Below are positions 39,178-53,058 of a stretch of DNA of 64,000 bases, in pieces (the first letter of the stretch is position 1; each line of letters begins with the position of its first letter). This DNA is from Octopus sinensis (Eukaryota): NCBI RefSeq assembly GCF_006345805.1, contig NC_043003.1:19778001-19842000 (forward strand). The letters are read 5' to 3'. A program made the position numbers and the translations under genes. The notes beneath the pieces were generated by a model that saw only the letters and a program-made list of their open reading frames with translations, was not told the origin of the DNA and searched no databases.

Positions 39178-39936
39178 GTATATATATATATGGTATGTGT
39201 GAGTAGGTGTGCGTGTATGTATGTGGGTAGGGATGCATGCGAGTGTGTGGGTATGTATGCATACATACGCACGCGCACATCCGAAGCAAGCCCACACACA
39301 CGAAGCGCGCTCATGCACACAACGCAAGCCCAAGGGGCCGACCAAGCCCCCAGCGCGCGCCAAGGCGCGCGAGCGCAAAGGCCCTCGAACGCCCCGCTAC
39401 GCAGGAACCGAGGATCCATCAGACAAAACCGGAAAGCAGAGAAGAGGGGGGGCTGCCTGGATGCAAAAAGGTGTATGTGTGTGTGCATTCAGTGTAAGGG
39501 TGTGCATGTGTGGGTATGTATGTATGTATGTGCCTACATGTATGTTTGCATGTGTGTGTGTGAAGTATGTACGTGCGGTGTGTGTGTGTGAGTGTGTGTG
39601 TATGTATGTGCGTATGTATGTGTGTGTGTATGTGTGTATGTATGTCTGTGTGTGTGTGTGTTGGTGTAAGTATGTATGTGTGTGCGTATGTATGTATGTG
39701 TGTGTGTATGTGCATGTTGGTTTGTATGTTAGTGTGTGCTAGTATGTCTGTAAGTGTGTGTGATTAAATGTGTGAATGTATGTACGTAGATGGGTCTACG
39801 TATGTGTGTGTGTGAACAGGCGTATGGGAGGTAGGTGGGTGGGTGTGTGGGAGGTAGGTGGGTGGGTGTGTGCGTGTGGGAGTAGGTGGGTGGGTGTGTG
39901 TGGGTGGTGGTGTGTGTCACAAAAAAAAAACGGATC

Positions 39937-41640
39937 TCAAGAGGAGGGGGCTGTGTTAAGTCCGTGTGGGGTGGTAGTTTGTAGGGTGAAGATGTAGCGT
40001 TGCTCCAAGTGGAGCCTGGAAAGTGGGCGACCATGGTGGGGGGCGAGACAAAACACTGAGATGTCATCTAGGGAATGGCCGGCCGAGCGGAAGTGGCGCG
40101 CGTGAAAGGAGAGAAAGAGAGTGTAGGCGAACGTCCCTCAAATGTTCAGTGAAACGGTCGGACAACCGGCGTCCCGTCTGTCCTACATACAGCATCCCGC
40201 ATAGGTTGCATTTAAGCAGTAAATAAGGCCAGACGAGGTGCACGTAAAAGAGTGCCTAATGCGTACAGTGTGCAGGTTGGAGCCGGTGACAGCGGTGGTG
40301 TTGGTGATGAAGGGGCAAGTGTTGCAGCGGGATCTAGAGCAAGGGAATGATCCGTTGTGGGCTGAGGGGGAAGGAGAGAGGGTGCTGTGGACCAGGAGGT
40401 CACACAGATTGCGGGCTCGTTTGAAAGAGACAGGGGTAGGTTAGGGAAAATGGGGCGGGTGGTGGGATCAAGCTGGAGGCGACGGAAGGCACGTAGTATC
40501 TTGCGACGAAGGGGTAGGGTAGAGGGGTGGAAAAGGAGGGGGAAGGGGGTGCGGTTGGGGGGGGGCGGGGGGAAGGAGACAGGGCGGTAGTGCGGTCGAT
40601 GCGACGGGCGCGGGTGAGGGCATCAGAGATGAGTATGGGTGGGTAACCTCGGAGTCTGAACATGCGGGCCAGGTATTGAGATTGGGTCTCGAAATCCTGG
40701 TCGCGGCTGGACAAACGTCGGAGGCGGAGAACTGGGAGTAGGGGATGGCTCGTTGTTTGGTGTGGAAGGGGTGGGAGGAAGAGAAGTTGAGATAGAGGTG
40801 GGAATCCGTAGGTTTAAAAAAGGCGGTGGTGGTGAGAGAGCTGGAGGGGTGATCGATGCGGAGAGAGATGTCAAGGAAGTTGACAGAGGTGTTGGAGATG
40901 GTGGAGGTGAATTGAGAGGAGGGGTGAAGTGGAAAGGAAAGAGATGAATTGGCAGAGAAGTTCACGGGAAAGGGAGGTGGCACCTACGCAGTCGCGTCGA
41001 TATAGCGACCGGTATAGTTCGGGGGTCGGCCCAGAACTGGGAGAACACTTGGGCCTCAATGTAGCCAAGAAAGAGATTGGCGAAATTGGGGCCCATCCTA
41101 GTTCCCATCGCGACCCCGGACACCTGTTGGTACGTTTCCCCGGCGAACGTGAAGCAATTGAGGGTGAGGACGAGCTTAGCCAAACGGAGAAGGGTGGGGG
41201 TGCTGGGGGTGGTCGGGACGACGGTCGAGGAAGTGTTGGAGGGCTAGGAGACCGTCATTGTGGGGAATCACTGTGTACAGGGTTTTACATCTAAAGTGAA
41301 GAGGAGGTGTGAGGGGCTGGAAGGGAAGGAAAAGGAATTGAAGAGACGGAGGGCGTGGTTGGTGTCGTGTATGTGATGGGAGGCTGCGACTAAGGGGGAC
41401 AGGATGCGGTCGCGAGGTATAGGGAGATGAGTTCAGTGGGCAATTACAGGCAGAGACTATGGACGGCCAGGATAGAGGGTTTATGGATCTTGGGAAGGAA
41501 GTAGATGGTGGAGGTGCGGGGTGTGCGGACGATGAGGTTGGTGGCGGTGAGGAGGGGAGAGCGGAGGAGGAGATGAGGTCGTGGATGGTGGAGGACACTC
41601 GCTGTTGGTAGGAGAGGTGGGATCGGAGGGGAGAGGCGAT
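39937..41640 (-). mobile_element. Penelope-like element (Neptune-type): RT, Cys linker and GIY-YIG, frameshifted, 5'-truncated
   Basis: LYTVIPH, NCFTFAGETYQQVSGVAMGTRMGPNFANLFLG, VNFLDI, KPTDSHLYLNFSSSHP, CSRSRCNTC, LIYCL..C..CGMLYVGQTGR...RFTEH, PHGLN. Confidence 0.93.
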
Positions 41641-42049
41641 AGAAGAGTGGATTTTGAAGCTGGTTGAGCGCTTCCTCCCTGTATAGGTCCGCGATATATA
41701 TATATACATATATATAATATATCTTACAATTTACAAGGGGACAGTTGATTGATAGAGAGACAGAGAGGCAGATTGATAGTTAAATAGATAGATAGATATA
41801 TAGCTAGATAGCTAGATGGATAGATATTGCAGTTATACAAAGCATATTACAAATATATAACAGGCAAATAGACGTGCAAACAGATTACGAAAGTAGCTTG
41901 TTTGATAGCTTGTTATCTTGGCACACAAATGGCTGGATAGAATTATATAGGCAATTAAATATATATTAATGCATGCGCATGTATGTATGTATGTATGTAT
42001 GTATGTATGTATGTATGTAGTATGTATGTATGTATGTATGTATGTATGT

Positions 42050-42505
42050 ATGTGGTAAGAAGCTTGCTTCATAACCACATGGTTCCGTGTTCAGTCCCAT
42101 TGCATGTCACTTTGGGCAAGTGTCTTCCACTATAGCCTCGGGCCGACTAAAGCCTTTCGAGTGGATTTGGTAGACGGAAATTGAAAGAAGCCCGTCGTAT
42201 CTCTCTATGTATGTATGTATGTATGTATGTATGTATGTATGTATGTATGTATGTATGTATGTATGTATGTATGTATGTATGTATGTATGTGTGTGTGTGT
42301 GTGTCTGTGTTTGCTTCCGTACTATCGCTCGACAACCGAATTTGGCGTGTTTGCGTCAGCGTAACTTAGCAGTTCGGCAAAAGGGACCGGTAGAATAAGT
42401 ATTAGGCTTACAAAGAATAAGTCCTGGTGTCGATTTTTTCGACTAAAGGCGGTGCTCGAGCATGGCCGCAGTCAGGTGACTGAAACAAGTAAAATTATAA
42501 AAGAA
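42050..42505 (+). mobile_element. SINE family A with a (TATG)n interior
   Basis: Head, core and tail present. Confidence 0.88.
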
Positions 42506-44058
42506 TATATCAAGAGAGAGAGAGAGGGAGAGGGAATTAGTAGTGTGTTTATGTATGTGGTAATAAGACTACGAAAGTGAGAAAGAACTCAATACCTAGG
42601 TTGTGTAAATGTTTAATATGTGCGATCATAGTCCAAGCTTACAACATCCCGTTGCTCAGAGTTTCATGTTCTTTGTCGTTGACCATTTCTCATTTGGATT
42701 GCTCTCTTGGTCAATTTCAAACACGTCTGATATGTGTCGCTTTGTTACTTCCGGATTGTACCTGAAGACAGCTATCATTCAAAGACTTTTGTGAACTAAA
42801 AGAAATAACCCAATATGATATCCAGTCTTCCAAGAGTCCACACACGCATATGCACGTATATACACGCATGTATACATACGCACATGAATGCATGTGCATA
42901 CATATATTCATACATGCAAATATTTTAGCAGTCAAAGACCAAAGGAAATATATAACTAGGCCAAAGGAAATTTTACAATGCATAGTATTGATGTTTATCT
43001 GTTCTGAAACAGCTTCGCAATTCCTCAATAAGTTTTTACCAAAATTAGCAGGCAAGCCTAAATTTATCCCAGAATAATCTGCGAAGAATCTCAAGTGGTC
43101 GAAGTTTTACATTTCGTCACGCGTTAGCTCAAACGGACTTATACATTTGGAGTGATGTACATATCCAGTAATGTACACATACAATACACACATATACACC
43201 TACAATAATGTATCTTTGAAGTTCGCAAACTATTACCGTGACGGCTACTGTTGATAGACGTCGTTATACGTAAGCATGCTTTCGATTTCAGTTTTCAACG
43301 AACGCTTCATTATGTATAAAAACTTTCTAACAACATAACTCAACGAAGCATAACCTTTTAAAGAACTTTATAAAACGCAAGTTCAAAAAAAGAAAACAAA
43401 ATAGAGATGAGAAACTCTTCATATTTGATAAACCGGGCGTTGAATATACATGTAATAACTTCCTCAAGAGCGTTGCCTTATGTGCTTGATTTACGCACGA
43501 AGTCTATTTGGAGAAATTTGTACTCCGAGACAAAATCCCGCCGCGAATGCCACTCACGCTCTATTGAGCAACAATATAGAAAAAAAAATTCATGTTCGTA
43601 TTACTATTTTGATTCTCCTTACTTTGTGACCTTATACTGAATTAACTCCAGCTTTGGACGCTTCAGCACACACCAGAAAATATGTTGTCTGCTTTTTTAC
43701 TATATAAGACCAGAAGTTCCTGTCTAGTTCTAAAAGAACGCGGCAATATTTGTGCTCGAGGAGGTGAAGCACGACGAAACACTTGTGTCTGGTAGTTCGC
43801 TGATGTCGTTTGGATTACACACAAACGCTATGAGGAGAAGTTTGTTTTCCAATACAAAACCCTGTATGGAACACCTGTCAACTTCTGACATGCAGCAATG
43901 TGTAAAAAAAAGTGTACACATGTATATATATTTGTGTGTATGTGTGTATCCATATGTGAGTGTATCCATTTGTAGACGTCATTGTTTATTTTTATGTCAA
44001 TTTATAATGAAAATAATTAAACATTAACCTTTATTTATCTACACACACATGCGCGCGT

Positions 44059-44097
<39 letters not shown>

Positions 44098-44348
44098 CAC
44101 ACGCACACATATATTTCACTCCTACAAGGAGAGGATGACAGTGATTTCGAAGTTTCGGGCTGCTAAGTTTCTGATAAAACTTTCACGACACTATCACCTT
44201 TTTTCATGTAAAAGCATAGTAATTATATGTATGTATGTATGTATGTAGTATGTATGTATGTATGTATGTATGTACGTATGTATGTATGTATGTATGTATG
44301 TATGTATGTATGTATGTATGTATGTATGTATGGATGGATGTATGTCTG

Positions 44349-44416
<68 letters not shown>

Positions 44417-44695
44417 AATACATACACATAAGTAAGTTGAAATTCCAATCAAGGAGCCTTGTATTTTGGTTAGAAACTGGCTCTTTCTCTATTGGCAAGA
44501 AATCTTGAAATAAAACTGAATAATGATACACACACACACATACCCCCCCCCATACAAATTGATAGGTAGATATAGATAGGTAGGTTAAAGGATAGACAGA
44601 GCTATATATATAAGCAGGCAAGTCGATTACATTATAAGCTAATTATCCGAAAGCATAAGAAAGCTAACACACACACACACAGACACACAGACACA

Positions 44696-44762
<67 letters not shown>

Positions 44763-45300
44763 CAGATGCGTGTACGCATCCTCCACACGTGAGCAGTGTT
44801 TATCTCAATCTAACAATTATTTGTCCTGTTTATAGACTTGAAGTACTCTCGTACTCTCCTCAACTGGCACGCCAATCCACTACCCAGTGTTCTAGAAATA
44901 TGGCGTCGAAGATAATTATGTGTTATTTCTTGAGGAAATCGCTAAGATATGTTTGCTCTCCGTCTCTCTCTCGACCATACATGTTTAAATCACAATTATA
45001 CATACATGTATGCATACATACACACATAATACATATAGCCATCATTCATCCATATTTAAAAATAAAATAAGAGCGTGCGCGCACACACAGACATGCACAG
45101 ACACACCCATGCAACCATCATGTTTACATATACACACACACATACATGTATACATAAATATATATATACATACACACACACATACACGCACTTATCCTCC
45201 CCCACACACTTGCATACACACATATACATATATATTTACATGCAACGACATGCGTACATGCAGACACGCAAACACATGCATTATGTAAATATATATACAT

Positions 45301-45355
<55 letters not shown>

Positions 45356-45519
45356 CGTAGGTGATACTCACATACATTCATACATACATATTTACATACA
45401 TACATATATACATTGACAAGCATACCTGCGCTTATATTCATTAGGATATGCATGTTACAAAGAGACTTATCCATGTGTGCAATACATACGCACATACACA
45501 TGCATACATACAAATATAT

Positions 45520-46040
45520 ACACACCCATCCATCCATCCATCCATCCATCCATCCAGCCATCCACATGCCATCCATCCACATCCATCCATCCATCCATCC
45601 ACTTCATCCATGCAGCCAGCCAGCCTGCTCACCTCCATCCATCCCACCCATACCATCCCATCCATCCATCCCCATCCACCACCCCCCCATCCATCCATCC
45701 ATCCAGCCATCCATACCATCCATCCACCCATCCATCCATCCTCCATGCCATCATCCACCCATCCATCCATCCATGCATCCATCCATCCATCTATCCATCC
45801 ATCCATCCTCCCATCCCGCCCCCATCCCTTCCTCCTCCATCCATCCATCCAGCCATCCACCCATCCAATCTCCATCCATCCATCATCATCCATCCGCCAT
45901 CCATCCATCCATCACCCATACCATCCATCCATCCAGCCATCCTCCATCCATCCATCCATCCATCCATGCATCGCAGCCAGCCGCCATGCAGCCAGCCAGC
46001 CGGCCATGCAGCCAGCCAGCCAGCCAGCCAGCCAGCTATC
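45520..46040. repeat. (CCAT)n/(CCAG)n tetranucleotide repeat
   Basis: Seen directly. Confidence 0.93.
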
Positions 46041-46387
46041 CTTCCATACATATATACACACTAATATATACACCCATACCTACATATACATGTACTCATA
46101 CGAACATACATACATGACTGCTGTTGCTGTTTAAATTCCAGGAAAGGAAATTTGTTCCTTGGTTGAAGACCTCTGTCTCTCTCTTTTTCTCCCTCTCTCT
46201 TTCGCTGTCTCTGTCGGAGAGAAATTTAAAAATAAAACTTGAGCACACACATGTGTGAGCACGCACTCATACACACACAAACAGACAGACACACACACAC
46301 ACTACACACGCTCGTGCTCGCAGGTAAGCTTTAATATCTTCATACGGAAATATAGCATATAGATACATTATGATTACAATTATTATT

Positions 46388-47075
46388 CGAGCTGGCAGAA
46401 TCGCTTGCACGCCGGGCGTAATTCTTAGCGGCATTTCGTTCGACTACCCGTTCTGTGTTCAAATTCCGCCGAGGTCGACTTTGCCTTTCATCCTTCTTCG
46501 TGTAGCTTCGTTGGATTGTCTCAAGTTCTGAGATTAATTTGACACTATAATAAGGTTATAACAATACAAATATAAATCAAAAACAACACCGAACAAACAA
46601 TATCTCTTCTCAACGAACTCTACGACTGTCTTATGTGCACACACCACACTGTCCCTCACTGATAGTGCGCATGGGCCTTTATACGGTTTATGACAGTTGA
46701 CAGGGGTGTCAGGATTTCGCCACAACATCCTGTGCTAATCCGGTACTTATTTTATTGAGTCCGAAAGTATGAAAGGCGAAGTTGAACTCATCAGGATTTG
46801 AACTTAGAATGTAAAGAGCCGGAAGAAATACCACTAAGCATTTTGTTCAACGCTCTAACGATCCTACCAGCTCGCCGCCTAATCCTTGGTTTAATAGTCC
46901 TTTCTATAGGAGGGGACTTGTCGATTAAGTACTCGACTGGTACTTAATTTATCGACCCCGAAAGAATGAAAAGGAAAGTCGACCTCAGCGGAACTTGAAC
47001 TCAGAGCGTAACGACGGACGGAATGCCGCTAAGCATTTCGTCCAGCGTCTTAACGACTGTGCAAGTTCGCCGCCT
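46388..47075. mobile_element. Three SINE B fragments (46388-46495 +; 46740-46880 -; 46900-47075 -)
   Basis: B head and core matches. Confidence 0.8.
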
Positions 47076-47529
47076 TATATCCTTGGTTTAATAATGGAAG
47101 ATAGTTGCTCAAGCAAGTAAAATGATGCATTAATACGGAAACAACCTCATAACATCGTTTTGAAGATTAATGATGGCAAAGACAAAGTAATTAAAACAGG
47201 GGCGTCAGCCAGTGTAATATGCGCTGAAGATAAACTTTCTTGACAGACTTCCAAATATCTTCTAGTCTGGAACTTTTGAAACTGTAATAGATATGATTTG
47301 GGTAGATGATCTCTGGGAAGAAAACATTATTGAAATAACTTATTTAAAATTCAGAAAGAAAAGTTGTAACCTCCCAGTCTGGATTTTCAGATATTGCTGA
47401 TCGATGGTACGTTATCCAATGTGCCTTCTCATGTACATGATAGCAAAACATAAACATGATAAAACTTCCAATAAGTTAAGATCAGAAGCCATGAGAGCCA
47501 ATGCCTGGTATTGCAATTATGGCTGGGTT

Positions 47530-47955
47530 GTAACCCCGGCCGCATCAACTTGTCCATCTGCTACACTTCTCGGTTCATCATCATTGCCTCGAGGTCTTGG
47601 ACACATTCCAAACCAGTGTCTGCGATCAAATTGTCAACGTAAGTGTGACGACGTTTTACTTTTCTTACATCACCATGAAGTCGGTTCTATATGATTAATT
47701 TGGATGCTTCCAGTTCAGAGTGGTGCAGGTTGTGACCAGATAGTCGCAGCCGTCTTTGCCTCATCTTCTCGATAACTTTCGGCATGTCTCCTCAAAAGTA
47801 TTTCTCTTGTCATATGTTGTTGCCATTTCACATTTAGGGCCATTCGTAGCATCCTTGTGTAGCAGCAATGTAGCCCGTTTGAGAATTTCTTAACAACTTA
47901 AACTAAAGAAAGTCAGGAAATCTAAATTGTCCAGGTCAATCCAAATCAAGCAACT
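47530..47955 (-). mobile_element. RTE-clade LINE 3' fragment
   Basis: CCYTRMLRMALNVKWQQHMT, MRQRRLRLSGH, TYVDNLIADTGLE across frameshifts. Confidence 0.8.
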
Positions 47956-48180
47956 GGTCAGCACTGAATGAGCACACCTTATGATCAAAAGCATTCTATC
48001 CGTGTCCATTATATGTTTTTCTTTGTGCAGGGAAATCACGACCACATTGATCAACGAAGTCAATGATACGCAAAAATATGGAAATAGAAACGGCAGTGAT
48101 ATCATTCACATGGTTTACTTAATCAGGGCCGATCTGTGGCAAAACAGCTGCAACCAGTATTTTTTATTTGTTTCAGTTAT

Positions 48181-48412
48181 TTATTTCTTTACTACCCACA
48201 AGGGGCTAAACACAGAGGGGACAAACAAGGACAGACAAACGGATTAAGTCGATTATATCGACCCCGGTGCGTAACTGGTACTTAATTTATCGACTCCGAA
48301 AGGATGTAAGGCAAAGTCGACCTCGGCGGAATTTGAACTCAGAACGCAGCGGCAGACGAAATACCGCAAAGCATTTCGTCCGGCGTGCTAACGATTCTGC
48401 CAGCTCGCCGCC
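48181..48412 (-). mobile_element. SINE family B, full length
   Basis: Near-identical to 9710-9940. Confidence 0.92.
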
Positions 48413-48414
48413 TA

Positions 48415-48756
48415 TTGCAATGTGGCCGTGGTGGAGCACTACACTGATAAAAAAAGAAGGGTTTTAGTCGAACAAATCGACTCCGGTACTTATTTTTAAA
48501 ATATCTGATACTGATTTTATCAGTCTCTTTTACAGAACAGCGAATTTACGGGAACGTAAACAAAGCAACACTGGTTGTCAAGTAGGGTGGGAAGACAAAC
48601 ACAGACACATACACACGACGAACTTCTACACAATTTCTGTCGACCAAATTCTCTCAGAAGAATTTGGTCGGCCTGAGTCTATTGCTGAAGACACTTGTCA
48701 ACCCGAAACCGTTTGGTTGCAAAACGAGCTTTTGAACCACACAGCTATACCTGCGC
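48415..48756 (-). mobile_element. SINE family A (old)
   Basis: Diverged head and tail. Confidence 0.7.
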
Positions 48757-49114
48757 ATATAATAAATTTATCGAACGAAACTATTTCTTTTTCCAAAGGT
48801 TCGTTAAGATAAAATTCATTAATTGTTCTGGGAGTTCAATTTCCATTTTTTCAATATAAAATATTTATTAAAAAGTTATTTTCCCGATCCTTTTAATATC
48901 GTCGATTTTATATATGCAGATTTATGCAAATTTACCCCATAATTACACTGACTGTGTTAACTGGTTAATAAATATTGTTGAATGAATTACGGTGCTACAT
49001 TGCAGTACTCATAAGGTGCTTCTTGCTTCTGATTTCAGGTTTTCGTATAGAAATGCATGTGAATGTGTGTGTATGTGTGTGTGTATCTGTGTATGTGTGA
49101 AAGTATTCATACAT

Positions 49115-49194
<80 letters not shown>

Positions 49195-49619
49195 TTAAAG
49201 AAGACAACACTCGGAAAATATGACATACCAATATGTATATATAGTTCAAAAGAACATGTAGTAAATAAACAAACGAACCAAATACACAGGCGAACAGACA
49301 ACACAGAAGGTCACTTACTCATCATCAGTTATCGGCCAGAGAGTTAAACGCAATTTCGGCCATTATCGATAATATTGCTTCCACTCTGGAGGCACCAGCG
49401 AGAAACTTGCCGGGAATGGGACCAAAACGTAACAAAACGAGGCGGGCTCGAGACGAAACCGTTAGTGAACGGACGAGGGACAAAACAATAAACAGAATAA
49501 AGGTTTAGGGCCACACGAAGACAACAATTAATAATGATAATAATACAATGCAAAAAAAAAAAAACGCCTTGAGGCTGCAAGACAAGACAAAAGTGGGCAA
49601 CGCAAAGGTGAAATGAAAA

Positions 49620-50238
49620 CTGTCCTAAAGGACTATAGACTATCTTTCATGGGTTTGTGGCCTGGCATCTTCTCCCCCTCCGTTATATAGCCTTTATCGA
49701 CTCCTGGTTCAGTATGATGCAGATCGTAGAAGTGCTACGCTCGAACAGCTTCACCATGTCGATTACACGCAAACCTTGGTCATGTTTTCTGATAATTTTT
49801 TTCTTTAATTCAATGCACATTATCTGCTTCTTCTTCTCAGCACTATTCTTCTTCGCACTCACTTTCTTCGGAAGTTTTGCAAAATAACTGCAAGCACAAT
49901 TGCGAGCACAACACTGATGCTTCTGAAGCCTGCAACGACTAAGTAAGCATTTTACCACCCGTCTAGATAACGACCCACTAACGATCTTCGCACTTGATAA
50001 CGCGCATGTCTGTCTAGCTATCGAGCTACTAATGATCTCCACATATCTGTCTAACTACCGAATGAGACACGGGATGCTGGGCGGATGTTACGGCGCTCAC
50101 AGTGGCAACCGCTACGTCAGCTATCGGTGGAGTATTTGAACCTGGCTCGTAAACCGAATTTTAGCTCGCAACTCAAAGCAAAAAATCGGCCGAGAGACGG
50201 CTCGTATCTCGAAAAACTCGTACGTCAAGGTACCACTG
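49620..50238 (-). mobile_element. Tigger/pogo-like DNA transposon 5' fragment
   Basis: End ta|cagtggtaccttgacgtacg; CENP-B-type HTH PKKVS...IELKKKIIRKHDQGLRVIDMVKLFERSTSTICIIL. Confidence 0.85.
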
Positions 50239-50398
50239 TATATATATAAATATATTTCGTTTCTGGATTTGGTTTGCAAGATTCATTATGAGTGTTCGTG
50301 TGTTGAAGCATATTCTGTTGTGTCTGGGGAGAGTCATTTTCTTTTTGTGCCTTATAATTTAACACACTCACCGGTAAAATTGTAAGACACAACAGTAT

Positions 50399-51272
50399 AT
50401 ATCTTTGTATATATAAAACTGAGAATGTGTGTCTGTGTGTCTGTCTGTCTGTCTGTCTGTCTGTGTGCTTCCCCAAAACTTGAGAACTATACAACCAATT
50501 TCATTCAAATTTTACATATGCCTTACTTAGGGTCCGGGGAGTGTCATCGGCAAAAATTTTTAACTTTTTGCCTAGGGCGAGCCCACAGCAATAACATATC
50601 TTCTCCACTACGATTCCCTAAAACTTGAGAACTACACAACCAATTTCATTCAAATTTTACACATGCCTTGCTTAGGGTCCATGTAGTTTCATGGGCAAAA
50701 GAAATGTTCAATTTCTTGCCTAGAGTGAGCCTATAGCAATATCATATATTCTCCACTATTTCAGTATTACGTGTTAAAAGTGAAACAAAAATATTTCTCT
50801 ATTTTATGTCAGATGCTTTCACTTTAACAATAAAAATAATAATAACAATTAAATTATACGTAGTAAGTAATAATTAAAATCAAACTAAAGTATAATATAA
50901 GTAAAAATAGCAATTGGAATAAAATTGCATCAATGATTTGAATTTGAATAAGTAGTTTCACATGAATGGGAATTAAATTAAAAATAAAATTAAAGTGCAG
51001 AAATGGAATAGTCCATTTGATTTAATAAAAAATTAAATTAAAGAAAAGACTGTTGTCTATAAAGTATACAATGTAGAGAAAAAAGAACTAACAATTCCAG
51101 TCTTATATATTTTGAGTATTGTTATCACTAGCGATATCAAGATATAACTTTGTATTTTGCATTTTATATGTAGATGTATATATATAGATGTACATGTAAT
51201 ATGTACACATATATATACACATATATACATGCACTAGCACTATGACCCGGCAACGACGGGTCTTTGATGCTA

Positions 51273-51275
<3 letters not shown>
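50399..51275 (+). mobile_element. Helentron-associated (DINE-1/HINE-like) non-autonomous element
   Basis: Starts ...tatatataaaactgag then (GTCT)n; internal ~145-bp tandem duplication (50470-50757); other end has a hairpin (gacccggcaacgacgggtc) then ctagt. Confidence 0.7.
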
Positions 51276-51323
<48 letters not shown>

Positions 51324-51841
51324 GACCGACGCACTCAAAGAGTGCTTTTGTGTGATTCAGCGACCAGTGAGTCTTTCAACCAGCTAAAAATAGCAGCCAA
51401 ATCTCTCTTGGATCATGCTTGCACGTCTTCTTTTAAATAACAAAAGTACACATTAAATAATGTCAATTGTATCAGCTTCACCTGCCCCTTCGCTTTCGGT
51501 TCTGTATCGAGGAACAAATTGCTCTCTGTCATGTGATTGGGTTTCTGCGTTTATAATCTGGAATCTAGAATCGTTTTCCACACGACATCGTTGCCATTGT
51601 TGTAATGTTGTAAGAAATATCCGAAGAAATAACTCTACAGATATAAATTTAATTAGAAGCACTGCTGACATTGATTCATTGTCCTCGTCTATCGTCATCT
51701 ATCTCTTAAAATCTACTTCAGATTCATTGGATACTCGTTGGGAGAAGAGCGAACGTGAATGACTATAACGGCAACTACGACTTCGACGAGTCCTATCCAA
51801 GATTAGAGAGGCCTGTGGTAAGAGACATGGTGATTTTCCTG

Positions 51842-52230
51842 AAATGAAGAGAAGAATGAAGAGACGAAGGGAGAGGGGAAAGGAGGAAGGAAGTGGGGGA
51901 AGAAAGGAGTGAGAGAAAAGAGGGAGGAAGGGAGGGGTAAGGGAGAAAGGAAAGGAGGGAGAAAAGGGGAAGGAGGAGGAGTGAGAGAGGAAGGGGTGGA
52001 GGGAGATGGGGGAGTGAGGGAGGAAAGAGGGAGGCAGGAAGGAGGAACGGAGGGAAGGAAAGAGGAAGGGAATAAGGAAGGAATGAAAAAGGAAACAAAG
52101 AAAAAAAGAAGAGGAAGGAAGGGAGGAAGGAAGGAAGGGAAAGTGGGAGGGAGGAATGAGGAGAGGAGAGGGTAGGAGGGAAAGAAGGTTGGAAGAAAAG
52201 GCAGAAGGGAGAAAGGAAAGATGAAAATAA
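51842..52230. repeat. Polypurine/polypyrimidine tract
   Basis: Seen directly. Confidence 0.9.
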
Positions 52231-52649
52231 AGAGCGTATGAAAGAAAATACACACACACACATTCATATACATATACACATATATGCAAACATATATACA
52301 CACACACGTACATACACACGTACATACATATACATTCATACATGCATACGTACATGCATGGATACATACACACATACATACACATATGCATACGCACATT
52401 CTTATACGTGCATATACATATATACATATATGCAAATGCATTTACTTATATATAAATATATATATGCATATACATACACACATATACATACATATGCACA
52501 CATGTATATACATAAATGTATTTTTATATGTATACATGTATAATACTCATGCATAAATACATACATATATATAGTACATACATGCATGCGTATATGTATA
52601 AATATACGCCTGTATTTATGCGTGTATACGTATATCCATATATATATGC

Positions 52650-52806
52650 ACTGGCTGTGTGGTAAGAAGCTTGCTTCCCAACCACATGGTTCCGGGTTCA
52701 GTCCCACTGCGTGGTACCTTGGAAAAGTGTCTTCTACTATAGCTTCGAGCCGACCAAAGCCTTGTGAGTGGATTTGTTAGACGGAAACTGAAAGAAGCCC
52801 TTCGTG
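52650..52806 (+). mobile_element. SINE family A, 5' half
   Basis: Head and core; a matching 3' half lies at 54120-54322. Confidence 0.85.
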
Positions 52807-52829
52807 GATGTATGTATGTATATATATAT

Positions 52830-53010
52830 AACGTTGGCGATTTTCTTCCTCAGTCTTCCTTTCTTTGGGACTTTCCTCTATTTCCGAAGAAGAGATTTGC
52901 ACGAAACGTTGAATCCTCTTTCTTTCCTTTCCTGAGCGTCTGATAATACATTACTTGTACCACGTCCTCGCGTTGTTGTTTTTTCATGTTTGTTCTTCTG
53001 TTTGAATTCA

Positions 53011-53012
<2 letters not shown>
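52830..53012 (+). mobile_element. Penelope-like pseudo-LTR fragment with degenerate hammerhead
   Basis: ttt-CCGAAGA-agagatttgcac-GAAA-cg-TT-gaa at 52881-52913; between (TA)n and (CA)n. Confidence 0.45.

Positions 53013-53058
<46 letters not shown>

Noticed and set aside
39400-39430. Hammerhead in the 3' region of the Neptune-like element
   Set aside because: Minus strand reads CTGATGG with no matching GAAA.
43730-44027. Overlapping ORFs on both strands in unique sequence
   Set aside because: No recognisable domain and no convincing splice-site pair.
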